Positions 1-10,856 are shown, counted from the first letter of the stretch. The stretch is 64,000 bases of DNA from an uncultured bacterium (GCA_942493235.1 OW818676.1:2692001-2756000), one strand, 5' to 3'. The notes: generated from the letters alone by a model not told the origin. Made by a program: numbers and translations.

Positions 1-452
1 ATTTTTAAATTGAGATTGAGCTGATTGTGAAGAATAAGCAACGAATTGATGGCCTATTTCGCTTGCAATAATCCAAGCTTTGGGATATTTGATTTCAAAT
101 TTTGTAGTCGCATCGGTGAATTTCACTAATTCACTGATTTCAGGTTTAGGGGATTGTTTACTGCCACAACCTGCTATAATAACTGCACTAATTACAGTTA
201 AAAACACATAAGAAAATACTTTTTTCATTAATCTACTCCTATAAATTTTATAAAATTAGAAATATCATTTTTCCAAAACATAAAGATAATAATTTTTGTG
301 ATAATAATAAAAAGATAATACAAATTATTTTTAAACTCAAGTAATTCAATTAGCTAAATCAAATATATTGTTAGAATTAACTCAATGCTATTACATCGAA
401 GATAAACGAGACTTTATATATAAGATTTGAAATTGAAATAAATTTAAAATCG

Positions 453-869
453 CTAATTATTCTTAGCTCCTTCATTTATCCAAGTCCTTAGCCCTTTTTT
501 TTGATTATCATTAATTCTGAAATACCTATATTCGTAATGAATTTTTTTACCTTCTAACATCTGAATCAGAATACTACCGTCAGGATTGCCTGGACGAATC
601 ATAGCCGAAGACATTGCGGCAGTCAAATCAAAGTAATTATCCAAGGACATTGAAAAAGCTAAGTCGAATGAATTATGGCAAGTAGCATAAGCACAAGTTA
701 GTTTGATAAATGGCTGTACCTGATTGAGATAGCTTACATTTGTATCAGGGAATACAATATCATCTACATTACTGATAGTATCCGAGCAAGAAATCAATGA
801 GATACTTGCCGTAATTATTATACTAAATAATAAGCATTTCAAATGCCTTGTTTTAAAAATATTTATCAT
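453..869 (-). CDS. hypothetical lipoprotein. Probable start is MINIFKTRHLK at 869 rather than the ORF start at 950
   Basis: Signal peptide plus lipobox (LISCSD). ATG at 869 avoids overlap with panB. No recognisable family. Confidence 0.4.
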   Translation of the reverse strand: MINIFKTRHLKCLLFSIIITASISLISCSDTISNVDDIVFPDTNVSYLNQVQPFIKLTCAYATCHNSFDLAFSMSLDNYFDLTAAMSSAMIRPGNPDGSILIQMLEGKKIHYEYRYFRINDNQKKGLRTWINEGAKNN

Positions 870-870
870 T

Positions 871-1698
871 TTAATAGCTCTCATCTTTTGAAGGGAATTC
901 TTGATTTCGTACATCTTCACCATATTGCTTAACGGCAATTTTGACAACATCCATCATATTGGCATATCGGCGAACAAATCTTGGCTGGAAGTCAATAGTT
1001 AATCCGAGCATATCGGTATAGACCAATATCTGCCCATCGCAATGAGGTCCGGCACCGATCCCAATAGTTGGAATAGAAATAGCATCTGTTATTTTTTTTG
1101 CCAATTCTAAAGGAATTTTTTCAAGAGTAATTGCGAAAGCTCCTGCTTTCTCTAATTTCAAAGCATCTTCGTATATCTTTTTTGCTTCTTTGGGGTCTTT
1201 ACCTCTTGCTTTATAAGAACCGAATTTATTAATACTCTGAGGAGTAAGCCCTAAATGCCCCATCACAGGAATACCGATTTCGGTCATTCGCTGGATAGCA
1301 TTCAATACTATTTCGTTAGCACCTTCGATTTTTACTGCTCCGCATCCGGTCTCTTTCATGATTCTGCCGGCATTTGTAAATGCTAAATCAGAACTAACCT
1401 GATAACTCATAAAAGGCATATCGGCAACAATTAGTGGACGCTTAGCCCCTTTAACAACAGCTTTAGTGTGATAAATGATTTCTTCAATTGTAACCGGAAG
1501 CGTAGTCTCATTACCTTGCACTACATTACCGAGTGAATCACCAACTAAAATGACATCTACGCAAGTCTCGTCAAATATTTTTGCTATTAAAGCATCATAA
1601 GCGGTAAGACATACTATCTTTCTGCCTGCTTTTTTCATTTCGTAGAGGCTGAGAGTAGTTATCTTTTTCGACAATGTATCTGATTGAATGTAATTCAT
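871..1698 (-). CDS. panB: 3-methyl-2-oxobutanoate hydroxymethyltransferase (ketopantoate hydroxymethyltransferase)
   Basis: Full-length collinear PanB-like sequence: VCLTAYD, ILVGDSLGNVVQG, ADMPFMSY, GAVKIEG. Confidence 0.9.
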   Translation of the reverse strand: MNYIQSDTLSKKITTLSLYEMKKAGRKIVCLTAYDALIAKIFDETCVDVILVGDSLGNVVQGNETTLPVTIEEIIYHTKAVVKGAKRPLIVADMPFMSYQVSSDLAFTNAGRIMKETGCGAVKIEGANEIVLNAIQRMTEIGIPVMGHLGLTPQSINKFGSYKARGKDPKEAKKIYEDALKLEKAGAFAITLEKIPLELAKKITDAISIPTIGIGAGPHCDGQILVYTDMLGLTIDFQPRFVRRYANMMDVVKIAVKQYGEDVRNQEFPSKDESY

Positions 1699-1843
1699 TG
1701 TATTCTTCTTTTTGTTTTATACATAAACATACAAAATTACGATAATATTTTAGAATTCCAAGTACGATTTTAATCTAATTTGTATATTGCGATTATATAC
1801 CTAGAAAAGAAATAATCTAATTCGATGAATATCATTTTATAGC

Positions 1844-3673
1844 TTATTCAATAATTATTTTTTCTGTTTTCAATACTTTACCTGATTTATTAGTAATTCT
1901 AATAAAATAAGCTCCAGAGCTAATATTTTCAATATTTATTTTGCTCTCTGAGAAAGTCTTGAAGATAGATATTGAATTAATATCTAATAGTTCAACATAA
2001 TAATTACAATCATAATTTGTTTTAATTGATATTTCGCAATATGCCGGATTTGGGGTGATTTGAAATTGCCAATCATAATTTGGCAAATTATTTATTGATA
2101 AACCAGAATTAGATAAAACATAATGACAGACAGTATATGCTGCTATTTCAACTGTTATTAAATTGCCGTTAATAGCATTTGGATTCAAAACATTATGATT
2201 AATGTGTTGGCTATTTTTATCAAAATAAAATACATCAATACTATCATAGGCATTATCGGAAATTAAATTTATAACAGCGGTAATAGGGGAGTCTGCATAT
2301 TTGTTATTAACAATAAAGTGTAATTTTGAATCAGCTTCGTCATCAACACTTGCATAAATAGTAGAGACCGCAGGATTATCACTTTCAGCTTTTACATTAA
2401 TTGCCCCGTACTTAGAACCGGCATTATCATAATTCAGAAATAGATCAAAAGCAGTTATCAAATAACCTTCGATTTTACTCCATAGCGAAGCATAGTCCAC
2501 ACCAGTCTTAGCAAAAGCACCTAATGCCTCAGCCTGTGCTATTCCGCCGCTAATGTCTTGTGCAGCCCCAAAGCCATATTCAGTAATTGCAAACTTAGTA
2601 TCGGGGTAAAATGCACTAATTGATTGCTTTATTCTCGGAATAATTGGCAGTTCATCACTATACCATTGACCTATCCAATTTGGCTCTATATATGTACTAT
2701 CCCAGAACGAACGGGGTCTCTGAACTCTATCGCTTCGAATTTCCTCAGAGATGCTATCAGAGTAAACATAGCCACCATCGGGATACCAATGAATAGTCAG
2801 TACATCAAGCAGGCGTTTACCTTCAAAATCATGAGCAGCTTTAAATGCTTTCAAATATGTATCTATAAACCAATAATCTTCGATATAATCATCGGCATCA
2901 ATAGCCTCCTGAAGATTCCAGTATTCGTTAAATCCATAAGGCTCTGAACCGAAAACTAAAGCATTGGCATCCATTCGTTTAATCGTTTTAGACAAATCAA
3001 TTGATTTATCAAGTAATTCGTTGTAAGTAACTTTATCTTTACGCATACGTGAAAATTGAGATGCCCACAATCCGGGTTCATTATCCATAATATACGCCTT
3101 TATTCCTGTTGGAGTATCCGAATAACCAAACTTATTAATTAAATAATTAATCTCTTCATCTACAAATACTTTACCGTCATTAAGCTCAGGGCTTAGAGTA
3201 AACGCGGTTCCTTTATTATTAATTACTTCCGCCCATCGAGCAGAAGGTGCAAGTTCCGTTTCGGATACTTCGCCAAGTGCGTCATTAGACACATAGCCAA
3301 GCATGGGAAGTGTAATGGCAGAAATGGCATTTTGCTGAATAGATTTATTATGAAAATTGCTTAGGCATATAGCCGGTATGACAACTTCATCTTGTAAAAC
3401 ATCGGTTATCCAAGTTAAATAAGTATCATTTTGGTTAAAATAATCTGCACCGGCATTAGAGAAATTATTCTCCCAATTGTATGCCGAAAGCCTATTACCA
3501 CCCATACGTCTAAAAGTAGCTTTGTCGTAATTACCATTGCAAATTCCGTATATATACGGGCTGATAACGGCTCTTTCTGATTTTGTATTTATAGTATAGT
3601 TGATAATTACCTGAGCATTTGAAAAAGAACTACAGATAATTAGGATAGCAAATAATGTAAGTTGTTTTTTCAT
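1844..3673 (-). CDS. secreted glycoside hydrolase, GH44-like, with T9SS C-terminal sorting domain
   Basis: Signal peptide. GGNRLSAYNWENNFSNAG block recalls the GH44 endoglucanase N-terminal motif. The C-terminal ~80 aa (YFIRITNKSGKVLKTEKIIIE) look like a Por/T9SS type-A CTD. Confidence 0.55.
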   Translation of the reverse strand: MKKQLTLFAILIICSSFSNAQVIINYTINTKSERAVISPYIYGICNGNYDKATFRRMGGNRLSAYNWENNFSNAGADYFNQNDTYLTWITDVLQDEVVIPAICLSNFHNKSIQQNAISAITLPMLGYVSNDALGEVSETELAPSARWAEVINNKGTAFTLSPELNDGKVFVDEEINYLINKFGYSDTPTGIKAYIMDNEPGLWASQFSRMRKDKVTYNELLDKSIDLSKTIKRMDANALVFGSEPYGFNEYWNLQEAIDADDYIEDYWFIDTYLKAFKAAHDFEGKRLLDVLTIHWYPDGGYVYSDSISEEIRSDRVQRPRSFWDSTYIEPNWIGQWYSDELPIIPRIKQSISAFYPDTKFAITEYGFGAAQDISGGIAQAEALGAFAKTGVDYASLWSKIEGYLITAFDLFLNYDNAGSKYGAINVKAESDNPAVSTIYASVDDEADSKLHFIVNNKYADSPITAVINLISDNAYDSIDVFYFDKNSQHINHNVLNPNAINGNLITVEIAAYTVCHYVLSNSGLSINNLPNYDWQFQITPNPAYCEISIKTNYDCNYYVELLDINSISIFKTFSESKINIENISSGAYFIRITNKSGKVLKTEKIIIE

Positions 3674-3902
3674 AATATATCTTTCGATTATTTTATTTTG
3701 CTATAAATATGTCTCAATTTGTCAAAAATGAGTTAGCTACAAAATTTGGGTTTTGGAAAAATTCCGATTACTTTAAGCTATCTGATGAATTTCTGCAATA
3801 GTAATATTTCAAATATATTGTTTAGCATCGACTCAGACTCCAAAGCAGTACAAATACGGACATGGATTCATTATTGCGATTTTAAATAGATAATGATATA
3901 GA

Positions 3903-3934
3903 ATACACCCCAAGTATTGAGTCTCGGGGTGTAT
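3903..3934 (-). terminator. putative hairpin terminator downstream of tyrS
   Basis: atacaccccaag / ctcggggtgtat imperfect 12-bp stem just 3' of the tyrS stop on the minus strand. The following T-stretch is weak. Confidence 0.35.
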
Positions 3935-3944
3935 CCTATTAAAA

Positions 3945-5156
3945 CTATTTGTAGACGAAGTACATAAATTTACGTTTACCGACTTTGATTAATTTCTGTT
4001 CGGAGAAATCAGCCCTTTGCATAATATCGGTTACTCTTTCGTTATCAATATAAACGCCGCCCTGCTCAATCATCTTTTTAACTTCTTTTTTTGATGCCAC
4101 CATAGCAGCCATTGCTACTGCATCAACAATTGACATTTCTCTTTCGGGAACTGTGAATGTATCAACTACATCAGGAATATCTTTTTTGACGAACATTCTC
4201 TCAAATTCTTCAAAAGCAGCTTTTGCTGTCTCTTCATCATAATAAATAGCAACAATATCCATAGCGGTTTTGACTTTTGCATCTCTTGGATGGTAAGTAC
4301 CGTTTTTCAAACCTTCTTCCATCTTTTTTACATCCCCAATATCAGAAAATGAAGCATATTGAGAATATCGGGTAATTAATTCATCGGGAATAGACATTAC
4401 TTTACCGAAAATCTCGCGAGGAGTATCGGTAAATGCGATATAATTATTAAGCGATTTACTCATTTTCTCAACTCCATCAGTGCCCTCGAGTATTGGCATA
4501 GTTACTATACACTGTGGTTCAATACCGTAAGCTCTTTGTATCTCTCTGCCGACAATAAGATTAAATTTTTGGTCTGTACCGCCAAGCTCAACATCAGAGC
4601 GAATAGCAACTGAATCATAAGCTTGAGCAAGGGGATACATAAACTCATGAATACCAATAGGAGTTCCGCTTTTATAGCGTTTATTGAAATCATCGCGTTC
4701 TAATATCTGAGCAACAGTATAATTTGCAGAAAGTTTAATCACGTCATGAAAATCCATTTTACCAAGCCATTCGGAATTGAATTTAACTTGAAGTGCTTCA
4801 GGAATTAATATTTTTGAAGCTTGCTCCAGATATGACTGCCCATTGATACGAGTCTCTTCTATAGTAAGAGCCGGACGTGTTTTTGATTTGCCGGTCGGGT
4901 CGCCTATCATTGCAGTAAAATCGCCGACAATTAAAATTGCTTGATGACCTAAATCCTGAAATTGTCTAAGTTTCTTTAATACTACCCCATGCCCGATATG
5001 AAGGTCGGGTCTTGAAGGGTCACAACCCAACTTAATAATCATAGGTTTATTTTCTTTGATAGAGCGATTAATTTTCAGCTCTAATTCCTGCTCAGGTAAA
5101 ACTTCGCTTATTCCCTGACGGATTATATCCATTTGTTCGTTAAGAGTTGGAAACAT
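3945..5156 (-). CDS. tyrS: tyrosine--tRNA ligase
   Basis: HIGH motif (PDLHIGHGV), KMSKS motif, C-terminal S4-like domain. Length 403 aa. Confidence 0.92.
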   Translation of the reverse strand: MFPTLNEQMDIIRQGISEVLPEQELELKINRSIKENKPMIIKLGCDPSRPDLHIGHGVVLKKLRQFQDLGHQAILIVGDFTAMIGDPTGKSKTRPALTIEETRINGQSYLEQASKILIPEALQVKFNSEWLGKMDFHDVIKLSANYTVAQILERDDFNKRYKSGTPIGIHEFMYPLAQAYDSVAIRSDVELGGTDQKFNLIVGREIQRAYGIEPQCIVTMPILEGTDGVEKMSKSLNNYIAFTDTPREIFGKVMSIPDELITRYSQYASFSDIGDVKKMEEGLKNGTYHPRDAKVKTAMDIVAIYYDEETAKAAFEEFERMFVKKDIPDVVDTFTVPEREMSIVDAVAMAAMVASKKEVKKMIEQGGVYIDNERVTDIMQRADFSEQKLIKVGKRKFMYFVYK

Positions 5157-5427
5157 TTATTGCCTTTATTATCATTATTCAAATATGCTATTTACGATAA
5201 AACTATATAAATATTATTTTTAGTATTTTCATTAGAATATAATTTCCTACTTGAAAAATATTCTTTAATATTAATGGTCTGTCAAAATAGTTTTAATTAT
5301 GCCAAATCGTCGCTGAAAGTGAAATTAAGAATCAAGAAATATAAACAAGTTAACTTTTTCCGGATTCTTTACTTCGTCTTAATGACAAGATTTGAGACAT
5401 AATTAATATTTTGAACTCACCTAAAAA

Positions 5428-8001
5428 CTAATAATCTAATGGATTTCTGCGTTTTTCAATTTTCAAGTCTTGTAATTGAGGAGCAGAAATCGCAAATCTC
5501 AAATAAAACCCACGATTAATACCGCTCGGATACCAGTCGAACATCAGATCCCAGCAGTGTAAAGTCTTAGTAAGAGAAACCATCGGTGCCTGCAATTCTT
5601 TATTAATGAAATCATAAGATGCAGAAGCTGTCAGAGCCCAAGTCTGAGTAATACTCATAGAGTAATTTGCTCTAATATTAAAAGACTCATTATTTGCAAA
5701 TCTAGATAATCGGGAATAAGAATAATTTATGCCAAGTGATAAGTTCCATTTTGGTCTCAATGGGGAATATCCCGATGAATTATCGCCCCAATTATCAAAC
5801 TCATCTTCTTCATAATTAACTCGTTTATTAAATCTATCACCAAGTGAAACAGAGTCATTTTTATCTTGTTTTGATTGGTAAATAGAAATTCCTTCATCAG
5901 TAAAAGAAGTATTCAAATTAACAGAGAAGTTTTTCATCATCAATAATCCACGACCTTGGTCGAGCAGTAGTTTATTAACTAATCTATAACCGTACTTTTT
6001 AGTACCGGGTATAAAACCGAATTCTTCGGCATAAGGAGTAAAAGCCCCATATCCTGAAAGATTGAATCCGGCAATTTGCGGTACAGAAAATGACATAGAA
6101 ATATCTCTCATTTTTAACGAATCGGCAGCCAAATTATAAGAACCGCTGATAGTCAAATTTAAAAGACTTACTCGCTTATCATTGCCACTGTCTTGCTTAA
6201 TACCAATATCAAAAGTATTGCCTAATGAATATGTAATGTTATTCTGTAAGCTACGAGAGGCAATGCCACCGTCGTCTTCGGCATAGCGGGAATATATTTC
6301 TTCGGTATTTGTAATTGGATTTACATACTTAGAATAAAATCCGTACTTAGGGTCTGAGAGGTCAGGTGTATAACTAAAACCAATTTTAGGAGTAAGTTTG
6401 TGTCTGATTGAATTAATGCCAAATATTTTGGGTTTGGCTACTCCCCATAGTACAGTTGATACATCGAAACCAAGCCTATAATTATATTCGGTGAAAAATC
6501 CATTCCGAAAATTTTTATGTTTACTGCTATCGGTATTATCAAATGTATAATCGACCTGACGGAAGTAATTATTAAACGAAAAATCGAAATACGGATTAAT
6601 TGTAAAATGTCCTAATTTGGGGCTAATACTAATTCTCGGGCTATGAACGATTTTTGTTTTATAAGATTGAACAAAGTCCGAATCTAATTTGCTTTTGCTT
6701 TCCGAATAAATTGCATTACCCGAATAGGAGAAACTAACATCACGGAGCCAGCTCCAAGAGCTTGTTGGCTTAATCAAATTCTTTAACGGATTAATGTTTG
6801 GCAAAGAATAAGAAATTCTTGGCATAGTCTGGTCATAAGTATTTGTAATAATGTTTTGATTTCTCGAATAACTAATCGAAAACGAAGAACCATTATCAAA
6901 GCTTTCGGTATAATCGGCATTTGAACTAATATATTGAGTGATTCTGGAGTTAAAATTATTCGTCGTATTGCGGTTATAATCTGACGATGAAAAATTCAAA
7001 TTTGCAACAATATTCGACTGAGGAGTAATAGTCTGATTATAATTCAAGCCAAGCTTCCAATTACTGGTATATTCGTCATCGGGCGAATAGCGAGTTTTAC
7101 CATATTCCAGATTAACATTGCCACTAAAGCTATATTTCTTTTTAAAGCGTGTGAAATTTTTCAGAGTAAAACCACCCTTTGAATAGAATGATGCTTTAAT
7201 CTGTGTATCATAATAATCACTCAATGCAAAATAATAACCAAAATCCTCGATACTAACACCGCGATTATTAGAAAAATAGGGAGACGGGATTATCAGCCCG
7301 CTTTGCCTTCCGGATTTATTAGGGAAGTACAGACCAACAGGCAAAATAAACAGAGGTACATCCTCTACATAAAAAATTATAGGGTCAATAAAGATTTTAT
7401 CTTTTACAATTACTTTCATTTTAGGTGAACCGAAATAATAATGAGGATGTGGGTGATTACAAGTAGTGTAGCAACCGTCTTGTATAAAAAGCTCGTTTTC
7501 GGATACTCTTTTGATTTTCGTACCATAATAGAATCCATCAGTTATTTCAGTTTCGCCAGTGCTGATAGTACCCTGATTTGTTTTGAAATTATATAAGATA
7601 TTAGAACCAATAAAGGATTGGGTACCATCTGCAAATTTCGGATATGTTCGTTTTGATTTTTCTTTTGTAGTATCTGAAGACGAAGTTAGAGTAGAATTAT
7701 CGAAGTTGATGGTAATAATATCCGCATTTAATTTCTGCACTTTATAGTCTATTTGGGCATTACTTTTTAATCTCATCGATTTGGTTTTAATATTATAAGT
7801 AAGTGAATCCGATGCTTTATAATTTACAATAGTGTCTAAATCGGATTTCTTTTTTGTAATTACTGTATCAATTGATGTTTTATTGATTTTTGGAATTGTA
7901 TCGTTCTGAGCCAATAGGGAATAGGGGTTATCCTTTACTCTGCTTAAAAACGGAGAAAATATAAAAATGAGCAATATATATATAAGGATAATTCTCTTCA
8001 T
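5428..8001 (-). CDS. large outer-membrane beta-barrel protein, LptD/OstA-like (putative LPS-assembly protein)
   Basis: 857 aa, N-terminal signal peptide, beta-rich composition with many aromatic/Gly alternations, C-terminal aromatic-rich region. The family assignment is tentative. Confidence 0.4.
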   Translation of the reverse strand: MKRIILIYILLIFIFSPFLSRVKDNPYSLLAQNDTIPKINKTSIDTVITKKKSDLDTIVNYKASDSLTYNIKTKSMRLKSNAQIDYKVQKLNADIITINFDNSTLTSSSDTTKEKSKRTYPKFADGTQSFIGSNILYNFKTNQGTISTGETEITDGFYYGTKIKRVSENELFIQDGCYTTCNHPHPHYYFGSPKMKVIVKDKIFIDPIIFYVEDVPLFILPVGLYFPNKSGRQSGLIIPSPYFSNNRGVSIEDFGYYFALSDYYDTQIKASFYSKGGFTLKNFTRFKKKYSFSGNVNLEYGKTRYSPDDEYTSNWKLGLNYNQTITPQSNIVANLNFSSSDYNRNTTNNFNSRITQYISSNADYTESFDNGSSFSISYSRNQNIITNTYDQTMPRISYSLPNINPLKNLIKPTSSWSWLRDVSFSYSGNAIYSESKSKLDSDFVQSYKTKIVHSPRISISPKLGHFTINPYFDFSFNNYFRQVDYTFDNTDSSKHKNFRNGFFTEYNYRLGFDVSTVLWGVAKPKIFGINSIRHKLTPKIGFSYTPDLSDPKYGFYSKYVNPITNTEEIYSRYAEDDGGIASRSLQNNITYSLGNTFDIGIKQDSGNDKRVSLLNLTISGSYNLAADSLKMRDISMSFSVPQIAGFNLSGYGAFTPYAEEFGFIPGTKKYGYRLVNKLLLDQGRGLLMMKNFSVNLNTSFTDEGISIYQSKQDKNDSVSLGDRFNKRVNYEEDEFDNWGDNSSGYSPLRPKWNLSLGINYSYSRLSRFANNESFNIRANYSMSITQTWALTASASYDFINKELQAPMVSLTKTLHCWDLMFDWYPSGINRGFYLRFAISAPQLQDLKIEKRRNPLDY

Positions 8002-8004
8002 AAA

Positions 8005-8883
8005 TTAATCCAGAATAAAAGTTTTTATCTTATTAGGTATTTTAAACGAAATCGGCTTATCAATTGTTACATTTGCTTGAACTTTGTCGTATTTGATTTT
8101 CAATTTAATATTTGAATTTGGTGCATTAATAGTGATTGTTTTTGCGATAAAATTATTATTATTATTAATATTGATAAAATCTCCATAAGAACAATTGAAT
8201 AACTCTTTAGTCGAATTAAACCTTTTTAAATATAATATCTTGTTAAGTTCTTGATTAATAAGTATTTCGTCGAATATTTCGTTATTATTTATCATAAATA
8301 CATAGTTATCTTCATATAATTTAATGTATTTATACTGCTTTACATGATACAACAATTTACTTTGAAGTATATTTATTAAGTCGTTGAAAGATAATGGTAT
8401 ATTCGCAACCTTTTCAAAGTTTTCTTTAGTTGGTTTACCTTTGTATAATTCACCGCTGAATGAGTTAATAAATATGAATTGATTTTTAGTTGCAAAAAGC
8501 TTCGCAACTGTGATTCCGAGCGGACCGCTGATAATCATGGACAATGAATCACTACCGCAGATAGTCAATTCAAAATCGGCAGAATTATCAAGTTGGGGAG
8601 AGTCTATATCAATTTCGCCTTCGATGATCAAATTTTTAATTGACGAATTAAAATCTTTCAGTACAGGTATCTTTGATTCCAGAGGCTTAACTTTCTCTAT
8701 TTTCGTTTCGGTTTTTGGCTTCTCTGACTGTTTAGTACTTGAGCAAGATACAATAACTAAAACTAAAGAAATAAAAATGATATATAAAAACTTTTGCATA
8801 ATTAGTTCCGCTAATAATTTTTTAAAAATAAAAAAAGTTCCAAATAAAGTTATTTCTATAAACGTCAACTTTTCCGAACTCAA
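8005..8883 (-). CDS. hypothetical lipoprotein, probably co-transcribed with the LptD-like gene
   Basis: Signal peptide plus lipobox (VSCSS). 4-bp gap to the downstream gene. Confidence 0.4.
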   Translation of the reverse strand: MSSEKLTFIEITLFGTFFIFKKLLAELIMQKFLYIIFISLVLVIVSCSSTKQSEKPKTETKIEKVKPLESKIPVLKDFNSSIKNLIIEGEIDIDSPQLDNSADFELTICGSDSLSMIISGPLGITVAKLFATKNQFIFINSFSGELYKGKPTKENFEKVANIPLSFNDLINILQSKLLYHVKQYKYIKLYEDNYVFMINNNEIFDEILINQELNKILYLKRFNSTKELFNCSYGDFININNNNNFIAKTITINAPNSNIKLKIKYDKVQANVTIDKPISFKIPNKIKTFILD

Positions 8884-8972
8884 AATTAAGCAGAAAATTT
8901 TTATTATCTAAAACTAAAATCATATTTTAAAATTTTATATTTTTGTAGTTCGTAAAAATTGAGGAAAAAAAA

Positions 8973-9416
8973 ATGGTATATATAACAAAAAGCGTAAGTT
9001 TTTCTGCTGCTCACAGATTATTTAATCCCGAGCTTAGTGACGAAGAAAATATGCGTATATATGATAAATGTAATAATATCAACGGTCATGGGCATAACTA
9101 TACATTAGAGGTAACAGTAGCCGGAGTACCGGACATAAGGACAGGCTATCTGCTTGATTTAAAACAATTAAAGCATATAATCAACGAAGAAATAATTGAT
9201 AAAGTTGACCATACGAATTTGAACTTTGACGTTCCGTTTTTAGAGGGAATTATCCCAACAGTTGAAAATTTAGCAGTTGTCTTCTGGGATATTTTAAAAG
9301 ATAAACTGCCCAACGGAGACTTATTCGAGATAAAATTAAGCGAGACAGATAGCAGTTGGGTTAGATATAGAGGGCAACCCATCGAAATTGCAAGATTAAA
9401 AAAGAAAGATAAATAA
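8973..9416 (+). CDS. queD: 6-carboxy-5,6,7,8-tetrahydropterin synthase / 6-pyruvoyl-tetrahydropterin synthase family
   Basis: SFSAAHRL, CNNINGHGHNY and ETDSSWV blocks typical of the PTPS/QueD family. 147 aa. Confidence 0.85.
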   Translation: MVYITKSVSFSAAHRLFNPELSDEENMRIYDKCNNINGHGHNYTLEVTVAGVPDIRTGYLLDLKQLKHIINEEIIDKVDHTNLNFDVPFLEGIIPTVENLAVVFWDILKDKLPNGDLFEIKLSETDSSWVRYRGQPIEIARLKKKDK

Positions 9417-10121
9417 ATGTTAGTAGAAATAATTCAAGCAAACGAAGAAATTTCAAAAAACGAAACAATAAAAAAAATATCAGATCCTTTCGTTGACGAG
9501 ATGGGTATGTATGACGCAAATGGCAATTTGTTTACTACTCAAGAAGAACGAGAGAATATGCTTTTACAGGTAGAGGGTAAGTTCCACGAAATATTTGATA
9601 TACTGAAAATTTCAAGGCAGGACCCTAATTCGACCAGAACACCTCATAGAATAGCAAAAATGATAATTAATGAACTGTTAGCCGGCAGATTTAATGAACC
9701 ACCAAAAGCTACAGTATTTCCTAATAGAAAGAAAGTAGATGAGTTAATTATCAGTAAGGGAATTACAGTAATGAGCGTCTGCTCGCATCACTGGCAGCCA
9801 ATTACCGGAGCTTGTGCTATCGGATATATACCTGATAAAAATGTAATTGGACTTTCAAAATTGAGCCGTATCGTAGATTGGTTCTCTCGACGCGGACAAA
9901 TACAAGAAGAATTAGGAGAACAAATTGCAGATTATATTGAAAATTTAATTAAGCCAAAAGCAATTGGTGTAGTTATAAAAGCAAAGCATTACTGTATGAT
10001 AGCTCGAGGTGTAAAAAGCTCCGAAGCCGACTCGTTGATGGTAACTTCTGTAATGAGGGGCTATTTACGTAAAGATGATAAACTTCGGAATGAGTTTCTC
10101 AAACTAACTGAAGAAAGATAA
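9417..10121 (+). CDS. folE: GTP cyclohydrolase I
   Basis: CSHHWQPITG (the CEHH-type zinc motif), QIQEELGEQIA, VVIKAKHYCM. The start ATG overlaps the queD stop (TAAATG). It carries an N-terminal extension of about 50 aa. Confidence 0.85.
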   Translation: MLVEIIQANEEISKNETIKKISDPFVDEMGMYDANGNLFTTQEERENMLLQVEGKFHEIFDILKISRQDPNSTRTPHRIAKMIINELLAGRFNEPPKATVFPNRKKVDELIISKGITVMSVCSHHWQPITGACAIGYIPDKNVIGLSKLSRIVDWFSRRGQIQEELGEQIADYIENLIKPKAIGVVIKAKHYCMIARGVKSSEADSLMVTSVMRGYLRKDDKLRNEFLKLTEER

Positions 10122-10126
10122 ATTCC

Positions 10127-10780
10127 ATGCAGTTGCCAAGTTTTGAATTTGAAGCTCAATACCGCGATAAGTATAAACTAATTGCAGGATTAGATGAAGC
10201 AGGGCGTGGACCATTGGCAGGTCCGGTTACTGCTGCTGCTGTGATTTTGCCGGATATAGATTTATCGTATTTAGGGATAAATGATTCAAAAAAGTTAAGT
10301 GAAAAGAAAAGGGAAGAGCTTTATGATAAAATAATTGCTTTAGCTCTGAGTTACGGAATTGCCAGTGTTGATAATTTTGAAATTGATAAAATAAATATAC
10401 TGCAAGCTACTCAGCTCGCCTTTAAAAAAGCTATTGATAATATGCCTATCAAGCCAGATTTTCTGCTTATTGACGGGAATTATTTTAACAGCAATCCCAA
10501 TAATAATCAAAATAATAGAGTAATTGAGTATAAAACAATTGTAAAAGGTGATTCTAAGTCATATTCAATTGCGGCAGCTTCTATATTGGCTAAGGTAACT
10601 CGCGACCGTTGGATGGCTGAGAATGCAGAAAAACTCTATCCGGGATACGATTTTTGTAAGCATAAGGGCTATGCTACTAAAAAACATTTTGAATTAATAA
10701 AAAAAAATGGTCTTTCTGCTATACATAGAAAGACTTTTTTGATTAAATTTGCGGAACGTGAAAATTCACTATTCGGATAA
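10127..10780 (+). CDS. rnhB: ribonuclease HII
   Basis: AGLDEAGRGPLAGPV, LLIDGN, DSKSYSIAAASILAKVTRD. Confidence 0.9.
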   Translation: MQLPSFEFEAQYRDKYKLIAGLDEAGRGPLAGPVTAAAVILPDIDLSYLGINDSKKLSEKKREELYDKIIALALSYGIASVDNFEIDKINILQATQLAFKKAIDNMPIKPDFLLIDGNYFNSNPNNNQNNRVIEYKTIVKGDSKSYSIAAASILAKVTRDRWMAENAEKLYPGYDFCKHKGYATKKHFELIKKNGLSAIHRKTFLIKFAERENSLFG

Positions 10781-10795
10781 CATATTTTATAAAAT

Positions 10796-10856
10796 GTTTT
10801 AGGTGAATGATGAACTTATTGGATAATATAATTTTATAATAAATTTTTAGGTGAAT
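10796..10856 (+). promoter_or_regulatory. tandem duplication of the pyrC ribosome-binding site and start region, creating a 10-codon upstream ORF (MMNLLDNIIL)
   Basis: ttttaggtgaatgatgaac occurs at 10796 and 10838. The first copy opens a 10-codon ORF ending in taa. The second copy is the pyrC start. Confidence 0.45.

Noticed and set aside
2624-2947. 107-aa plus-strand ORF inside the GH44-like gene
   Set aside because: Low-complexity antisense ORF fully embedded in a well-supported gene. The same reasoning applies to 4505..4693, 8510..8911, 9146..9382, 10867..11049, 16045..16275, 16958..17173, 17614..17955, 18311..18499, 19366..19554, 21049..21246, 22262..22573, 23725..23955, 27221..27534, 31893..32135, 38672..38854, 39344..39571, 44477..45392, 47115..47303, 47965..48210, 49731..49931, 52515..52751, 53803..54024, 54915..55496, 59630..60239.
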